A DNA stretch of 64,000 nucleotides, from positions 1-64,000 of the IMG/VR virus record IMGVR_UViG_3300021958_000035; one strand, written 5' to 3'. The notes under the pieces are model-generated. The model did not search any database. It was not told the DNA's origin and saw only the letters and a list, made by a program, of their open reading frames with translations. The stretch comes from a virus (lineage: Duplodnaviria; Caudoviricetes). Numbering within the stretch: position 1 is the first letter of the stretch; each line of letters opens with the position of its first letter. The translations under genes were made by a program, and so were the position numbers. Of this stretch, positions 54,050 to 64,000 are shown piece after piece.

Positions 54050-55059
54050 AAACAATCGTAGTAACAGGATGTGCAGGACTACTTGGTTCTCATTTTAGTC
54101 GGCACCTTTTAAGCAAGGGGTATAGGGTCATTGGTATTGATGACCTTAGTGGTGGGTACGCTGATTATTTACCATCAGAACTTAAAGAGGGGTTTGAATT
54201 CTGGCCCTTGGATTTGACAGATGGTTCATGGACTCCAAAATCACTTGAGCATATCTTTGATCCCCGTAGAGATGTCGTGGCTTGCTATCACTTCGCAGCG
54301 TATGCTGCGGAAGGATTGTCGCCCTTTATCCGCACGTTCAACTACAAGAACAATGTTCTGGCCTCCGCTGCCGTTATCAACGCCTGTATCAACAACAACG
54401 TAAAGCTGATCTTCACTAGCAGTATGGCTGTTTACGGAAACCATTCCGCACCATTTTTCGAGCAAATGACTCCAGAACCAATCGACCCTTATGGTATTGC
54501 AAAGTACACTGTTGAACAAGATATCAAAGTTGCAAATCAGCAACACGGATTACGCTATAATATCATTCGTCCACATAATGTCGTTGGTATCTATCAAAAT
54601 ATCTGGGACAAATATCGTAACGTTGCAGGCATTTTTATTCGTCGCATCCTTGATGGTGAACCAATGCTCATCTACGGAGATGGCGAACAGACTCGTGCGT
54701 TTTCTGACATCAAGTATTACATGAAACCTTTTGAGCAACTTATCGACGGTCACGATAATGAACTTTTCAATATTGGTGCAGACAGGGCGTACACAATTAA
54801 TGAGCTTGCAAATACAGTTCAACGTGTAGCTTGGAAGAATGGTTTTGAAGCAGAGAAGAAGCACGTAGAGGGTCGTCACGAAGCTAAACACGCTTTTTGC
54901 GACCACTCCAAAGCGAAAGAGATGTTGAACTTTAGCGACGACACTAATCTAGAAGAAACGGTTGATGAAATGTTCAAATGGGCCATCGTTCAGCCAAAAA
55001 GAGAAACTAAGAAGATGCAGTACGAAGTACACAAGGGGATTTATGACTACTGGAAATAA
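54046..55059 (+). CDS. NAD-dependent epimerase/dehydratase
   Basis: TGCAGLLG, YGIAK (YxxxK), GDGEQTRAF. Confidence 0.93.
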   Translation: MKTIVVTGCAGLLGSHFSRHLLSKGYRVIGIDDLSGGYADYLPSELKEGFEFWPLDLTDGSWTPKSLEHIFDPRRDVVACYHFAAYAAEGLSPFIRTFNYKNNVLASAAVINACINNNVKLIFTSSMAVYGNHSAPFFEQMTPEPIDPYGIAKYTVEQDIKVANQQHGLRYNIIRPHNVVGIYQNIWDKYRNVAGIFIRRILDGEPMLIYGDGEQTRAFSDIKYYMKPFEQLIDGHDNELFNIGADRAYTINELANTVQRVAWKNGFEAEKKHVEGRHEAKHAFCDHSKAKEMLNFSDDTNLEETVDEMFKWAIVQPKRETKKMQYEVHKGIYDYWK

Positions 55060-55150
55060 AAAAGTAGACGAACATTATAATGTGGAATGTTCTAGGAGTA
55101 GCGATATTAATGAGCATCTCCAATGGATTGGGAGTGTTAAAAAGAAATGA
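55043..55150 (+). pseudogene. 5' stub of a probable methyltransferase gene
   Basis: 35-aa coupled ORF ending shortly after SDINEHL. Confidence 0.45.
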
Positions 55151-55908
55151 CTAAATTGCAGTTGCTAGATGTAGCAGTATTTACTTTCTGTTGGGGTACA
55201 GAGCACGTAGAGAAATCTCTCAGAGCCATGCTGATTGCGATGGATCAGGTAGACTTCAAACGTAGCGTCCTGATTACTGATAGTTCTAAAACTGATTTAT
55301 CTTTATTCGGCCAAGTCATTGATAGACACAATATCGAAGTGTGTGATATGAGTGTCGATCTCAATGGCAACCTTCAGAATGATGACGCGAATCGAAGTGG
55401 ATTCTGCGAAAGTTTCGTTCAGCAAACTAATAAGTATATTTTTGACGATTTCTGTTTGAATGTTCAGCATGACTCGACTATAATAGATATAGAGAAGTGG
55501 GATAATCGCTTCTTGCAGTATGATTATATTGGTGCCCCTTGGCCTATGCACATCATTCAAGCGAGCGATATGGTTGCTGGACGCATAGAAGAAATCCCGA
55601 ACGTTGTTGGCAACGGAGGGTTTTCTTTGAGAACACGAGCATTTGTAGAGGAATCAGCAAAACTAGGATGGGAACACAAGAACGAAGACCTTAATATTTG
55701 TGTTTTCAATTATGACACTATGACCTCCGCAGGAATTAAGTTTGCACCACCAGAACTAGCAGCACAATTTTCTAAAGAACATCAAACACCTTTTGGTATT
55801 TTTAATAGAAATATGCTGTTTAGTTATAACTCTTTTGGTTTTCACGGCGAGTTTAATTCTGCGGGTATGGAGTTCATTCAAGACTACGATTTAAAAGGAA
55901 TGGTATGA
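55147..55908 (+). CDS. DUF5672-like (GT-A-related) protein
   Basis: Q.D, YDYIGAPW, VGNGGFSLR, NED, FGFHG. Confidence 0.85.
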   Translation: MTKLQLLDVAVFTFCWGTEHVEKSLRAMLIAMDQVDFKRSVLITDSSKTDLSLFGQVIDRHNIEVCDMSVDLNGNLQNDDANRSGFCESFVQQTNKYIFDDFCLNVQHDSTIIDIEKWDNRFLQYDYIGAPWPMHIIQASDMVAGRIEEIPNVVGNGGFSLRTRAFVEESAKLGWEHKNEDLNICVFNYDTMTSAGIKFAPPELAAQFSKEHQTPFGIFNRNMLFSYNSFGFHGEFNSAGMEFIQDYDLKGMV

Positions 55909-56534
55909 AAGTTTTAGATACGAGAGATGACTATCTAGACTACATCAAAACACTGCTTCCAGAAAACCCGAAAGTTCTGGAGATTGGTGTAGAGCATGGG
56001 CATTTTTCAGAAAAGATTATGAAAGTTCTGGAGCCATCAGAGCTTCACTTGTTAGACCCTTGGGACTGGAATCTCGACAATGGACTGGTCTATCAAGAAG
56101 GTCATATGAGAAATGTACCCACTGCTCACAGCAATGTGAACATGCAGATTGTGCTGGAGAGAAAGTACGAAAAAGAAATTGCAGAAGGCAGAATTCATAT
56201 CCACAGAGGGTACTCTCATGAACTAGTCGATGAATTTGAAACAGCATACTTTGACTTTATTTATTTAGATGGTTGTCATTTGTATGAGTCTGTAAAGAAA
56301 GACATCGAGTGCTATGTGCTTAAGGTGCAACCTGAAGGCGTTTTGGGTGGGCACGATTACATTAGTCAGGAAACGTTGTTTATTCAAGAGGGTGTTACCT
56401 ATACCAATCAACTTGGATACGGAATTAAACAGGCCGTAGACGAATATTTAGAATCCAATCCGGTAGTTGGGATGTGTGCCTTAGTTAGTAGCGATATGCC
56501 ATTTCCTGATTGGGCAATTAGGAGGAAAAAATAA
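55905..56534 (+). CDS. class I SAM-dependent methyltransferase
   Basis: LEIGV..G.FS, FDFIYLDG.H.YE, GGHDY. Confidence 0.9.
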   Translation: MKVLDTRDDYLDYIKTLLPENPKVLEIGVEHGHFSEKIMKVLEPSELHLLDPWDWNLDNGLVYQEGHMRNVPTAHSNVNMQIVLERKYEKEIAEGRIHIHRGYSHELVDEFETAYFDFIYLDGCHLYESVKKDIECYVLKVQPEGVLGGHDYISQETLFIQEGVTYTNQLGYGIKQAVDEYLESNPVVGMCALVSSDMPFPDWAIRRKK

Positions 56535-57634
56535 TGAAAGTTTTATACATTGGATATTACAAAGAACATAGCGATTGGGGTAAGATTGCTAGGAACAACA
56601 TTCTAGCCCTAGATTCTGCTGGCGTAGATGTTGCATGTCGGTCAATTGTATTTGGCATCGACCATACTCCAGAAGAAATGAGAAGGTTTGAAGAAAAAGA
56701 CATTGAAGATTGCGATGTTTGTATACAGCACTTATTCCCAGACCATATGCTTCCATCGTCTAAATTCAAGAAAAACATCGCTATTTTAGCAAATGAATTT
56801 GTTGAAGCTAAACACTCTACTATTATAGAAAAGCTAGATCGTTTCGATCAGATTTGGGTTCCAAGTGCGGGGGCTGAAATTGCTTTTAAGGATACGCCTA
56901 TCGAAGATAAGATTAAACGAGTCCCATATGCATTTAACAAAGATAACTACAAAGCCACTACTAGTGCAATAAATGGGGGGATTGAAACAAAAGATAAGTT
57001 CAGATTCTATACCATTATCAATAATGAGGGTGATGGAGTAGAAAGAGTATTGAGATGTTTCCATTCCGAGTTTGATGACACAGATAATGTTGTACTCCTG
57101 TTAGGTGTAGACGAATCATGTAACAAGCAACTTATCGACCAGAAGATTGAAAAGGTAAAAACAGACTTAGGACTCAAGCCGCAAGCATCCGATTACAGGA
57201 AAGACGTATTCGTTCCAAGACTAAGCGGGTCTCATGAGCCACTTCATATTTTTTCAGATTGTTATGTTAGTTGTGGAACTCAAAGAACTTTGAATCTAGA
57301 AGAGTTTGAAGCCTTCGCCTTTGGCAACACACCAATTGTACCAAATTCAACAGACGCAGAGGAATACTTTTATGATTATGAATGTGTTGTAGCATCTATC
57401 TATCAAACAAATACAAACCGATCAAAAATGTGGCCGGATTTGAACAATGGCAAGGACTATGTTATCATACCTTGCGAAAAAGAAATGAAAGAGACGATGA
57501 GAAAATTGTACAGTGCTTGGTCAGAAAACCCAGTCATTTATAGTGTAAATAGAAAAAGAGAAGCATTTGAAATATTGGAAGTAATGTCGCTAGAAAATAT
57601 AGGAAATTATATGAAGGAGAATCTAAATGCTTAA
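56534..57634 (+). CDS. GT-B glycosyltransferase-like protein (divergent)
   Basis: MKVLYIG.Y...WG, DQIWVPS, EA.AFG..PI. Confidence 0.75.
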   Translation: MKVLYIGYYKEHSDWGKIARNNILALDSAGVDVACRSIVFGIDHTPEEMRRFEEKDIEDCDVCIQHLFPDHMLPSSKFKKNIAILANEFVEAKHSTIIEKLDRFDQIWVPSAGAEIAFKDTPIEDKIKRVPYAFNKDNYKATTSAINGGIETKDKFRFYTIINNEGDGVERVLRCFHSEFDDTDNVVLLLGVDESCNKQLIDQKIEKVKTDLGLKPQASDYRKDVFVPRLSGSHEPLHIFSDCYVSCGTQRTLNLEEFEAFAFGNTPIVPNSTDAEEYFYDYECVVASIYQTNTNRSKMWPDLNNGKDYVIIPCEKEMKETMRKLYSAWSENPVIYSVNRKREAFEILEVMSLENIGNYMKENLNA

Positions 57635-58607
57635 AATTCACTCTTTGATTCAAAAAGTGCAAAGGCCAAAAGACAAGGTTTATAACATCCTAACCTTCAA
57701 TACTCATGAGCGTTACCAGACTCAAGTTGCAAAGACTGGTCATAATTTTTACGCATTTAATTTTGATGGCGGGAAAGATTGGCTTACTGAACATGCACCC
57801 ATGCCAAGTAATTACTATCAACTTCCCAAAAATTCTGTTTTTCCGGGTGTAACCTTTGACTTTATTTTTGTCAATAGTAAATTTGGACAATATCAAATTG
57901 CTGAACAGATTAACTCTTCTTTGCAGTTGCCAGTATTGTGCTTAGAGCATACGTTGCCACATCTTAACTGGCCTGCGGAGCATCTTCTGCAATTCCAGAA
58001 AATGCGTGGTGATGTCAATGTATTTATTACGGAATATTCTAAAAGTAAATGGGGTATTCCCGGTGAAGTGATTTACCACTCTATTGATGCAGAGTTATTT
58101 AAACCGTCTGACGTTGAACGTAAACCTCAAGTCCTAACCGTTGCTCACGACTTTATTAATCGTGACTATGCTTTAAATTTCAATGGTTGGAATAGGATTA
58201 CAGATGGGATGAATAGAGTTGTAGTTGGAGAGACAGAAGGGTTATCCAAAGCAGCAGCATCGGTGGATGAGTTGGTGAAGCAGTATCAAGAGTCTTTGGT
58301 TTATATTAATCCAAGCACTCTCAGTCCTGTTCCTACATCCATGTTAGAAGCCATGTCGTGCGGCTGTGCGGTCGTTTCTACGAATACGTGTGATATTCCA
58401 AATATTATTAAACACGGCGAGAACGGCTTTCTGAGCAACGATGAGGGCGAATTGAGAGGTTATATCGAAAAACTATTAGCTGATCCAGAACTAGCAAAGA
58501 AAATAGGAGAATCTGCCAGACAAACTATTCTAGAAAGGTTCTCAGAAGATAGGTTTATTAATGAGTGGAACACTACTTTTGACAAAACATATGGAGTAAT
58601 TAAATGA
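57627..58607 (+). CDS. glycosyltransferase family 4
   Basis: P..MLEAMSCG..VVS, I.HGENGF, G..AR..I..RF. Confidence 0.88.
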   Translation: MLKIHSLIQKVQRPKDKVYNILTFNTHERYQTQVAKTGHNFYAFNFDGGKDWLTEHAPMPSNYYQLPKNSVFPGVTFDFIFVNSKFGQYQIAEQINSSLQLPVLCLEHTLPHLNWPAEHLLQFQKMRGDVNVFITEYSKSKWGIPGEVIYHSIDAELFKPSDVERKPQVLTVAHDFINRDYALNFNGWNRITDGMNRVVVGETEGLSKAAASVDELVKQYQESLVYINPSTLSPVPTSMLEAMSCGCAVVSTNTCDIPNIIKHGENGFLSNDEGELRGYIEKLLADPELAKKIGESARQTILERFSEDRFINEWNTTFDKTYGVIK

Positions 58608-59023
58608 AACTACAAATTATCAGACCAGAGCAAGATACGATTGGCGGCTACGAGGTAGCACAAATTACACAGCCTAATTCGCTTGAGTTGTCCCATATTG
58701 TAGACAATTCTTGTGAATCTATTCTAGCGGCAGATTTAATGGATTCTTTCAGTTCTAATACTGTGCGGCAGGTTTGTCAAGCATTAGTATCCAAACTTAG
58801 GCTCGGCGGTGAAGTTTCTATTGGTGGAACAGACGTTAGATTTTTCTATAAATTTCTGGCGAACGGTCTTCTTGATGTAGAGAGTGCGTGTCAAATTATT
58901 ACCGCTACATATTCCATGTCTACCTCTGATATGGCTGTAGAGGCATTGAAAAGTCTAGGGTTAGAAATCCTCACTGTGCATATGGATGGACTACACTACG
59001 AGGTTAAAGGAGTGAGGAAATAA
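58604..59023 (+). CDS. methyltransferase-like fragment/hypothetical
   Basis: DNSCE.I.A......KLR.GG pattern. Confidence 0.6.
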   Translation: MKLQIIRPEQDTIGGYEVAQITQPNSLELSHIVDNSCESILAADLMDSFSSNTVRQVCQALVSKLRLGGEVSIGGTDVRFFYKFLANGLLDVESACQIITATYSMSTSDMAVEALKSLGLEILTVHMDGLHYEVKGVRK

Positions 59024-59742
59024 TGGATTGTAGCAAGTGTGTGTTTAAGATGGAAAATGAAGGCGTTCAAACAGGATGTAGTGTTGGTCGCCTTCAGAAA
59101 TTGATTGATAAAGGCAAGGCTGATTTGAAGACATTAATGTTTGGTATGCCAGCAAGCGAGACTGTGTACGAATTGACCCAGTTTTGCAATATGTACAGGG
59201 AAGAAGAGTGTGACATAGATAAGCAAAGATACAATGTAATGCCTCTATTCGGAATTATTGCATCTCTTAAGCCTGAAGATACTTTTGAAGAGGTTGACGC
59301 ACTGTGTAAACATCTTGAGTCTCTGAAATATCCAAAGGAAAAGCTGAAGATCGTAATTTCAGCACCTAGCGGTCTAAAATATGCAGATAGTCTATTGCAT
59401 AGATTTATGATGTTAAAAGAAAACTTTATCGCAGCAGAGTTGGTGCTACATCTGCACAACGAAGCAAATGCAAGAGACAATGAAACGTTTAAAAAAATGT
59501 TAGAAGCTACCTATTTTGTCAAGATGAACGTGAAAGACAGATTTAACCTAGACGTTTTTCAGGTAGTAGATAAAATGCTTAATGACGAACTGAAACAACT
59601 GTGTTTTATAGAAAATAATTCAATACACATCGTGCTAAAGAGTGTCATTCAGCAAATATATTACAATTATGGAAGCTATGAAAAAGCCGTAAAAGGCTTG
59701 AAAACAATCTCTATGGAGCAGGGCAAATATGAAAAAATCTAA
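59023..59742 (+). CDS. hypothetical protein (degenerate GT-A-like)
   Basis: operonic ORF, N-terminal Cys motif. Confidence 0.65.
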   Translation: MDCSKCVFKMENEGVQTGCSVGRLQKLIDKGKADLKTLMFGMPASETVYELTQFCNMYREEECDIDKQRYNVMPLFGIIASLKPEDTFEEVDALCKHLESLKYPKEKLKIVISAPSGLKYADSLLHRFMMLKENFIAAELVLHLHNEANARDNETFKKMLEATYFVKMNVKDRFNLDVFQVVDKMLNDELKQLCFIENNSIHIVLKSVIQQIYYNYGSYEKAVKGLKTISMEQGKYEKI

Positions 59743-60490
59743 TAGCTTCATTACAAACGCTAGATCTAATAATTCTGGGTTACTCAGAGATGGGAAGATA
59801 ACTGTAATACTTCTGGCTGAAAATTATGGCTACAGGATGAAGTCTTACGGTTCCATCTCTTTGATAGAATTTGAAGGTCAAACGTTATTAGAAAGACAAG
59901 TAAGTGCGATTAAGTCTGTTTTTTTAGAGTCCGAAATAATCTTATGTTCAGGTTTTGAAACAAACAAAGTTTACCACTTTGTAAACTCTAAATTCCCAAG
60001 CAGTTATAACATTAGAATAGTAGAAAATCAAGTTTATTATCATTCAAATTGTTGTGAGGGTCTGAGATTATGCATGAACAATACGACCAACAACAGGATA
60101 TTAGTATGCGGTGGTGGTGTAGTGCTGACACCAAAATTCTTGAAAAGTCTTAATCTTAGAAAGTCATCAATATTAACTCAGGTGGGAAAGAAAGAAGACA
60201 CATTTGAGATAGGGGTGATACCAAACGATTCAAGATTAGAAAATATGTCTCTAGCGATTAAAGACAATGTATGGACCGAGCTACTGTACTTGACAGGAGA
60301 GCCACTCGTAAAATCTTTCTACAACTTAATATCCAAGGCAGAACTTAAAAACAAATTTCTGTTTGAGGCTATAAACTTATGGAAAGGCAGAAAGCAACTA
60401 AGTATTTTTGAAAACGATTCTGACCCAATATTTAAAATTGACAACATAAAAACCCTCAAAAGGATAACCAATGAAAATTTTGTTCCATAA
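59729..60490 (+). CDS. nucleotidyltransferase-like protein (degenerate)
   Basis: VILLA...G.RMKS.G..SL....TLLERQ. Confidence 0.75.
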   Translation: MKKSNSFITNARSNNSGLLRDGKITVILLAENYGYRMKSYGSISLIEFEGQTLLERQVSAIKSVFLESEIILCSGFETNKVYHFVNSKFPSSYNIRIVENQVYYHSNCCEGLRLCMNNTTNNRILVCGGGVVLTPKFLKSLNLRKSSILTQVGKKEDTFEIGVIPNDSRLENMSLAIKDNVWTELLYLTGEPLVKSFYNLISKAELKNKFLFEAINLWKGRKQLSIFENDSDPIFKIDNIKTLKRITNENFVP

Positions 60491-61364
60491 TTACGCAAGT
60501 TCAACCTCTACAGAACCTCTGTACCTTCATAACGCATTGCAAAAGTGCGGAGTGGAGAGCTTTATTTGGGGCGATCCCAGTATGAGTGCTTACGATGTTT
60601 TTGACACTACAAAGCCAGATGTATTTGTAACGCACTTCAAGACATTTAGTCAAGACATTTTTCAATACATGGAACAGAATAATGGATGCTCTCTAGTATT
60701 GAATGTAACTGGTGCATCTCAGTCACAAGTTGACTCTATCGAGAAAGAACTAGAGAAGTCGAGTATCAAGGTGTCTTTCTTGTTTACGAACAGTCTTGAA
60801 AATAAAATAAAAACAAAACTCAAGCTACACAACCTTCTACCTGCGGCAGACCTGTTTAATCTTCCACCTCAACAAAATGTTAAGTCTATTTTGCCAGAAG
60901 CTATAATCTCTGATAAATTTGACGAAAATGTTGAGAATTATATTGGTGAAAAGGACGTTTTCAATCTATTATATATTACGGAGGGAGACAAAGACAGCAA
61001 CTTTGACATAAGGGTAAATGTCAGAAACCTTTCCCAACTTTACAGAGTGTATGACAAGATGTCTTTAGTTGGAGACAATAACTTGTGTTGCTCTCAGTTG
61101 TTCTTTGACATGGCGATGTATTCCGACAATCCAGTTATTATAAGTTCGGACCAAGAAGGTTTCAATAAGTTTTTGGAGAATGTCTTCCAAGAGGCAAACC
61201 CTGAAGACAATTTAATGGGTGAAATTAGAAACCAAATCAAAAATAGGCATACACCATTTCATAGAGCTTGGAGATTAATGAAATTCTTGGGTGACAAAGA
61301 TGCGATGTCTAAAATTGACAACGTAAAAAATCAACTACCAACATTGATTAAGGATATGAAATGA
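60471..61364 (+). CDS. hypothetical protein (GT-B-like remnant)
   Basis: MKIL.., KPDVF, C-terminal HT..HR. Confidence 0.65.
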   Translation: MKILFHNYASSTSTEPLYLHNALQKCGVESFIWGDPSMSAYDVFDTTKPDVFVTHFKTFSQDIFQYMEQNNGCSLVLNVTGASQSQVDSIEKELEKSSIKVSFLFTNSLENKIKTKLKLHNLLPAADLFNLPPQQNVKSILPEAIISDKFDENVENYIGEKDVFNLLYITEGDKDSNFDIRVNVRNLSQLYRVYDKMSLVGDNNLCCSQLFFDMAMYSDNPVIISSDQEGFNKFLENVFQEANPEDNLMGEIRNQIKNRHTPFHRAWRLMKFLGDKDAMSKIDNVKNQLPTLIKDMK

Positions 61365-62071
61365 AACTATTGGTACAATTCCCAACATACGGAAGATCGG
61401 AGAAGTTCCTCCGTGTGCTGGACCAATACGTTGAGACGGTGAGTCCTCACCATGACGTATTTTTTAACATTAATTGTGATCTGAATGATTTAACTATGAC
61501 AAATGCTTATATCCAAGAAAGGATTAAGTTTATCTTGGGTAAGATGTCTAATGTAAGTGGAGTAGTTAATTATGATGAGAACACCAACAAGATCAGTGCA
61601 ATCAACGATCACATCGACGAGCATGAGTTTGACATCGTTATTTGTGCCAGCGACGATATGGTTCCCAAGGCTTTGGGTTGGGACAATGAGATTGCGATTG
61701 CCATGCAAGAACACTTTCCAGATCTAGATGGTTGTATTCATTTTAATGATGGGAACACAGATGGAGAACTTATTACCTTTTCTATTCTTGGAAAAGCATT
61801 GTATGACCATTTTGGTTACATCTATCACCCAGACTACAAAAGCCTTTATTGCGACGATGAGTTCACGCAAGAGGTAAAACGTATGGGTAAAGAGAAGTAT
61901 ATCAATAAAGTCATTATCTCTCATGAGCATTGGAGTATTGAAGGTTCTGAGAATCATAATCAAGCAGATATCGCTGTTCAAAAAACCCTGCACTACTCTG
62001 GGCGAGATCAGCTTGTGTTTAACGAGCGTAAAAAGATGGGCTTCCCTAAGCAAAGGATAACAAATGACTAA
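61361..62071 (+). CDS. glycosyltransferase family 2
   Basis: PT.GR, ASDD, Y..LYCD.E, HEH. Confidence 0.85.
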   Translation: MKLLVQFPTYGRSEKFLRVLDQYVETVSPHHDVFFNINCDLNDLTMTNAYIQERIKFILGKMSNVSGVVNYDENTNKISAINDHIDEHEFDIVICASDDMVPKALGWDNEIAIAMQEHFPDLDGCIHFNDGNTDGELITFSILGKALYDHFGYIYHPDYKSLYCDDEFTQEVKRMGKEKYINKVIISHEHWSIEGSENHNQADIAVQKTLHYSGRDQLVFNERKKMGFPKQRITND

Positions 62072-62690
62072 AGTTATTGGTTTCTCTCTATGGGGAGACA
62101 ATCCAAAATATACTGTCGGTGCAATAAGAAACGCACAACTCGCACCTGAGATTTATCCGGGTTGGGAGTGCCACTTTTATATTGGCGATGATGTGCCGCA
62201 AGATGTCATTGATACACTATCCACTGATAACACTGTTATTCTAATGAATGGATCAGGCTGGAACGCTACCTTTTGGCGTTTCCTGTCTGCTGATAAGGCT
62301 GATGTTTTTATTTCAAGAGATACAGACTCTCGGCTAAGCCCAAGAGAAAAAGCCGCAGTAGACGAATGGCTTGCTAGTGATAAAGACTTTCACATCATGC
62401 GTGACCATCCATACCACCAAACAGAGATTCTTGCGGGAATGTGGGGTTGTAGAAATGGCATCCTTAGTGGCATCAGAGATATGGTGTTTAACTATGATAT
62501 GAGAGACTACGATCAGACATATCAGAACGATCAGAACTTTTTAAGAGAGGTCGTTTGGCCTATAGTCCGAGATAAAACATTTGTTCATGACCCATATTTT
62601 AGCGTAGGGCATGAATTTCCAACCGTGAGAGAGGATACTCAAGACTTCGTTGGGCAAGTATTTGATGAAAAAGAAAGGCCACAATTTTGA
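62064..62690 (+). CDS. putative glycosyltransferase
   Basis: FSLWG...KY, WRFL, SRDTDSR, MRDHPYH, AGMWG, DQ.FL. Confidence 0.8.
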   Translation: MTKVIGFSLWGDNPKYTVGAIRNAQLAPEIYPGWECHFYIGDDVPQDVIDTLSTDNTVILMNGSGWNATFWRFLSADKADVFISRDTDSRLSPREKAAVDEWLASDKDFHIMRDHPYHQTEILAGMWGCRNGILSGIRDMVFNYDMRDYDQTYQNDQNFLREVVWPIVRDKTFVHDPYFSVGHEFPTVREDTQDFVGQVFDEKERPQF

Positions 62691-63547
62691 AAATCTTAAT
62701 TATACAAGAAAACGGTCATCATGACCTAAACAGAAACTTTAGAGAATGTTTTTGTCTAAAGCGTGGTTTTGAGCATCATGGTGCTACAGTAGAAATTTGG
62801 GGTAAGGGTCACGATGGTTTCGATCCAAATCCAGACCAGCGAATGTATGACCAATATTTCAGCCACTTCGATCTAGTGATTGCTATTGAAAACTGGGACT
62901 GGATGCCAGATATGAGTAGAATACACACCAAGAAATTTATCTGGGCGATTGACGCACACTGTAAAGGCTCGCGAGTATACGAGCAGTATGGATTTGACAA
63001 GGTTCTACATGCTTCCTCGATGTTTGCAGAGGATGGTTGTTGGCTTCCAAATTGCTACGACGACACTATTATTTATCCGTTAGAAAATTTACACTACTGG
63101 GAAGAAAATATCGACTACAAAAGTCATGGCATTGGTTTCTGTGGCAATGTAGTAAATAGACAGCCATACATTGACATATTAAAGGCTAATTTCCCACAGT
63201 TTAGATTTGACGAATTTGTGATTGGGCCGGACATGGTTGAGGCAGTCAATTCATATCTTGTGCATTGGAACGCTAATATTGGAGTTGATGTAAATTACAG
63301 AAACTTCGAAACGATGGGTTGTCAAACAATGCTTTTAACCTCTGAACACTCCGCCTACGGCCCGCTTGGAATTAAAGACGGAGTAAACTGCCTTACTTAT
63401 AGCAATACGATGGAAATGATTAACAAAGCTAAATATGCAATTGACAATGATAATTATAGAGAAGACATTGCGAGGGAGGGCTATGAACTCGTTAAACAAA
63501 ACCATACCTATAAAAATAGGGCACAACAAATATTGGAGATGCTATGA
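62687..63547 (+). CDS. CgeB-like glycosyltransferase (Glyco_trans_1_2 C-terminal domain)
   Basis: N.R.FE..G, IA..GY..V...HTY..RA. Confidence 0.85.
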   Translation: MKILIIQENGHHDLNRNFRECFCLKRGFEHHGATVEIWGKGHDGFDPNPDQRMYDQYFSHFDLVIAIENWDWMPDMSRIHTKKFIWAIDAHCKGSRVYEQYGFDKVLHASSMFAEDGCWLPNCYDDTIIYPLENLHYWEENIDYKSHGIGFCGNVVNRQPYIDILKANFPQFRFDEFVIGPDMVEAVNSYLVHWNANIGVDVNYRNFETMGCQTMLLTSEHSAYGPLGIKDGVNCLTYSNTMEMINKAKYAIDNDNYREDIAREGYELVKQNHTYKNRAQQILEML

Positions 63548-64000
63548 GAATAGTCGGACTTATGCTCGCCTCGAACAATGAGGAAAATGGTCGTTCTTAT
63601 ATGGACATGGTAACTGCCTGTAAAGAAACATGGATCGCAAACAGGCACCCTAATGTAGAAGTTATCGCTACTTGGGGTAAAACATACCAACCTTACATTA
63701 CAGAAAAAGTAAAAGAAGGAGAGTGGACACTCACTCAAGAAAATGATCTTCTGATAAATACAGAGGAACATAGAGCGAATCTACTTATCAAGACAATTAA
63801 GGGCATGGAATGTGCCTTATTGAAATACCCAGATTTGGACTATGTTTTTAGACCAAACTGCGGTAGCTACGTCAAAACAGACTTGTTGTATGAATTTTTG
63901 CAGGACAGGCCGAAAGAAAAGTATTTCGGAGGTATTCTTGGTAAGCACGAAGGTATTCCATTCATCTCTGGTGCATGTATGTTGTTCAGTAGAGATGTTG
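63544..64000 (+). CDS. glycosyltransferase-like protein (partial, runs off window)
   Basis: open frame from ATG 63544: KT...DYVFR.N..SY, FISGA...SRDV. Confidence 0.75.
   Translation, partial: MRIVGLMLASNNEENGRSYMDMVTACKETWIANRHPNVEVIATWGKTYQPYITEKVKEGEWTLTQENDLLINTEEHRANLLIKTIKGMECALLKYPDLDYVFRPNCGSYVKTDLLYEFLQDRPKEKYFGGILGKHEGIPFISGACMLFSRDV

Noticed and set aside
169-63771. Minus-strand and nested alternate-frame ORFs in the six-frame track (e.g. 4957..5487, 44135..44653, 16103..16321, 20184..20402)
   Set aside because: They overlap well-supported + strand genes or RNAs, lack RBSs and motifs, and are antisense shadows or repeat read-outs
1-64000. Stop-codon reassignment (alternative genetic code)
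   Set aside because: Conserved genes are full length in code 11, TAA, TAG and TGA all end genes, and no suppressor tRNA was seen

Overview
A 64-kb segment of a large dsDNA tailed-phage genome, with essentially all genes on the + strand, tightly packed and AT-rich. The host is most likely a Planctomycete, inferred from two Tat-signal DUF1501 genes plus DUF5658-like, DUF6745-like and secreted Cys-rich proteins. Layout: (1) 1-24 kb is an early/accessory region of small genes under repeated sigma70-type promoters. It holds rIIA/rIIB, a UvsE UV endonuclease, ThyX, 4 tRNAs, a circularly permuted (two-piece) tmRNA, dCMP deaminase, SSB and a phage sigma factor. (2) 25-29 kb is a membrane-protein/papain-like peptidase/thioredoxin module. 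(3) 29-52 kb covers nucleotide metabolism and replication: NrdAB, MazG-like, PhoH, RecA-like, DnaB, primase, dNMP kinase, a Cas4-like nuclease, and an intein-less split DnaE with a DEDDh exonuclease between the halves. (4) 52-64 kb is a long glycosyltransferase/sugar-modification cluster. The most unusual signals are a ~320-nt highly paired, pseudoknotted non-coding element right after tRNA-Leu, the permuted tmRNA, a run of small genes joined by a conserved GGAGTTGATAAATGA junction, 12-bp TCAGGTC-repeat mini-genes beside a DUF6745-like gene, two distinct promoter spacer motifs, and many gene stubs left by deletions. All family assignments come from motif recognition by eye; no database search was run.
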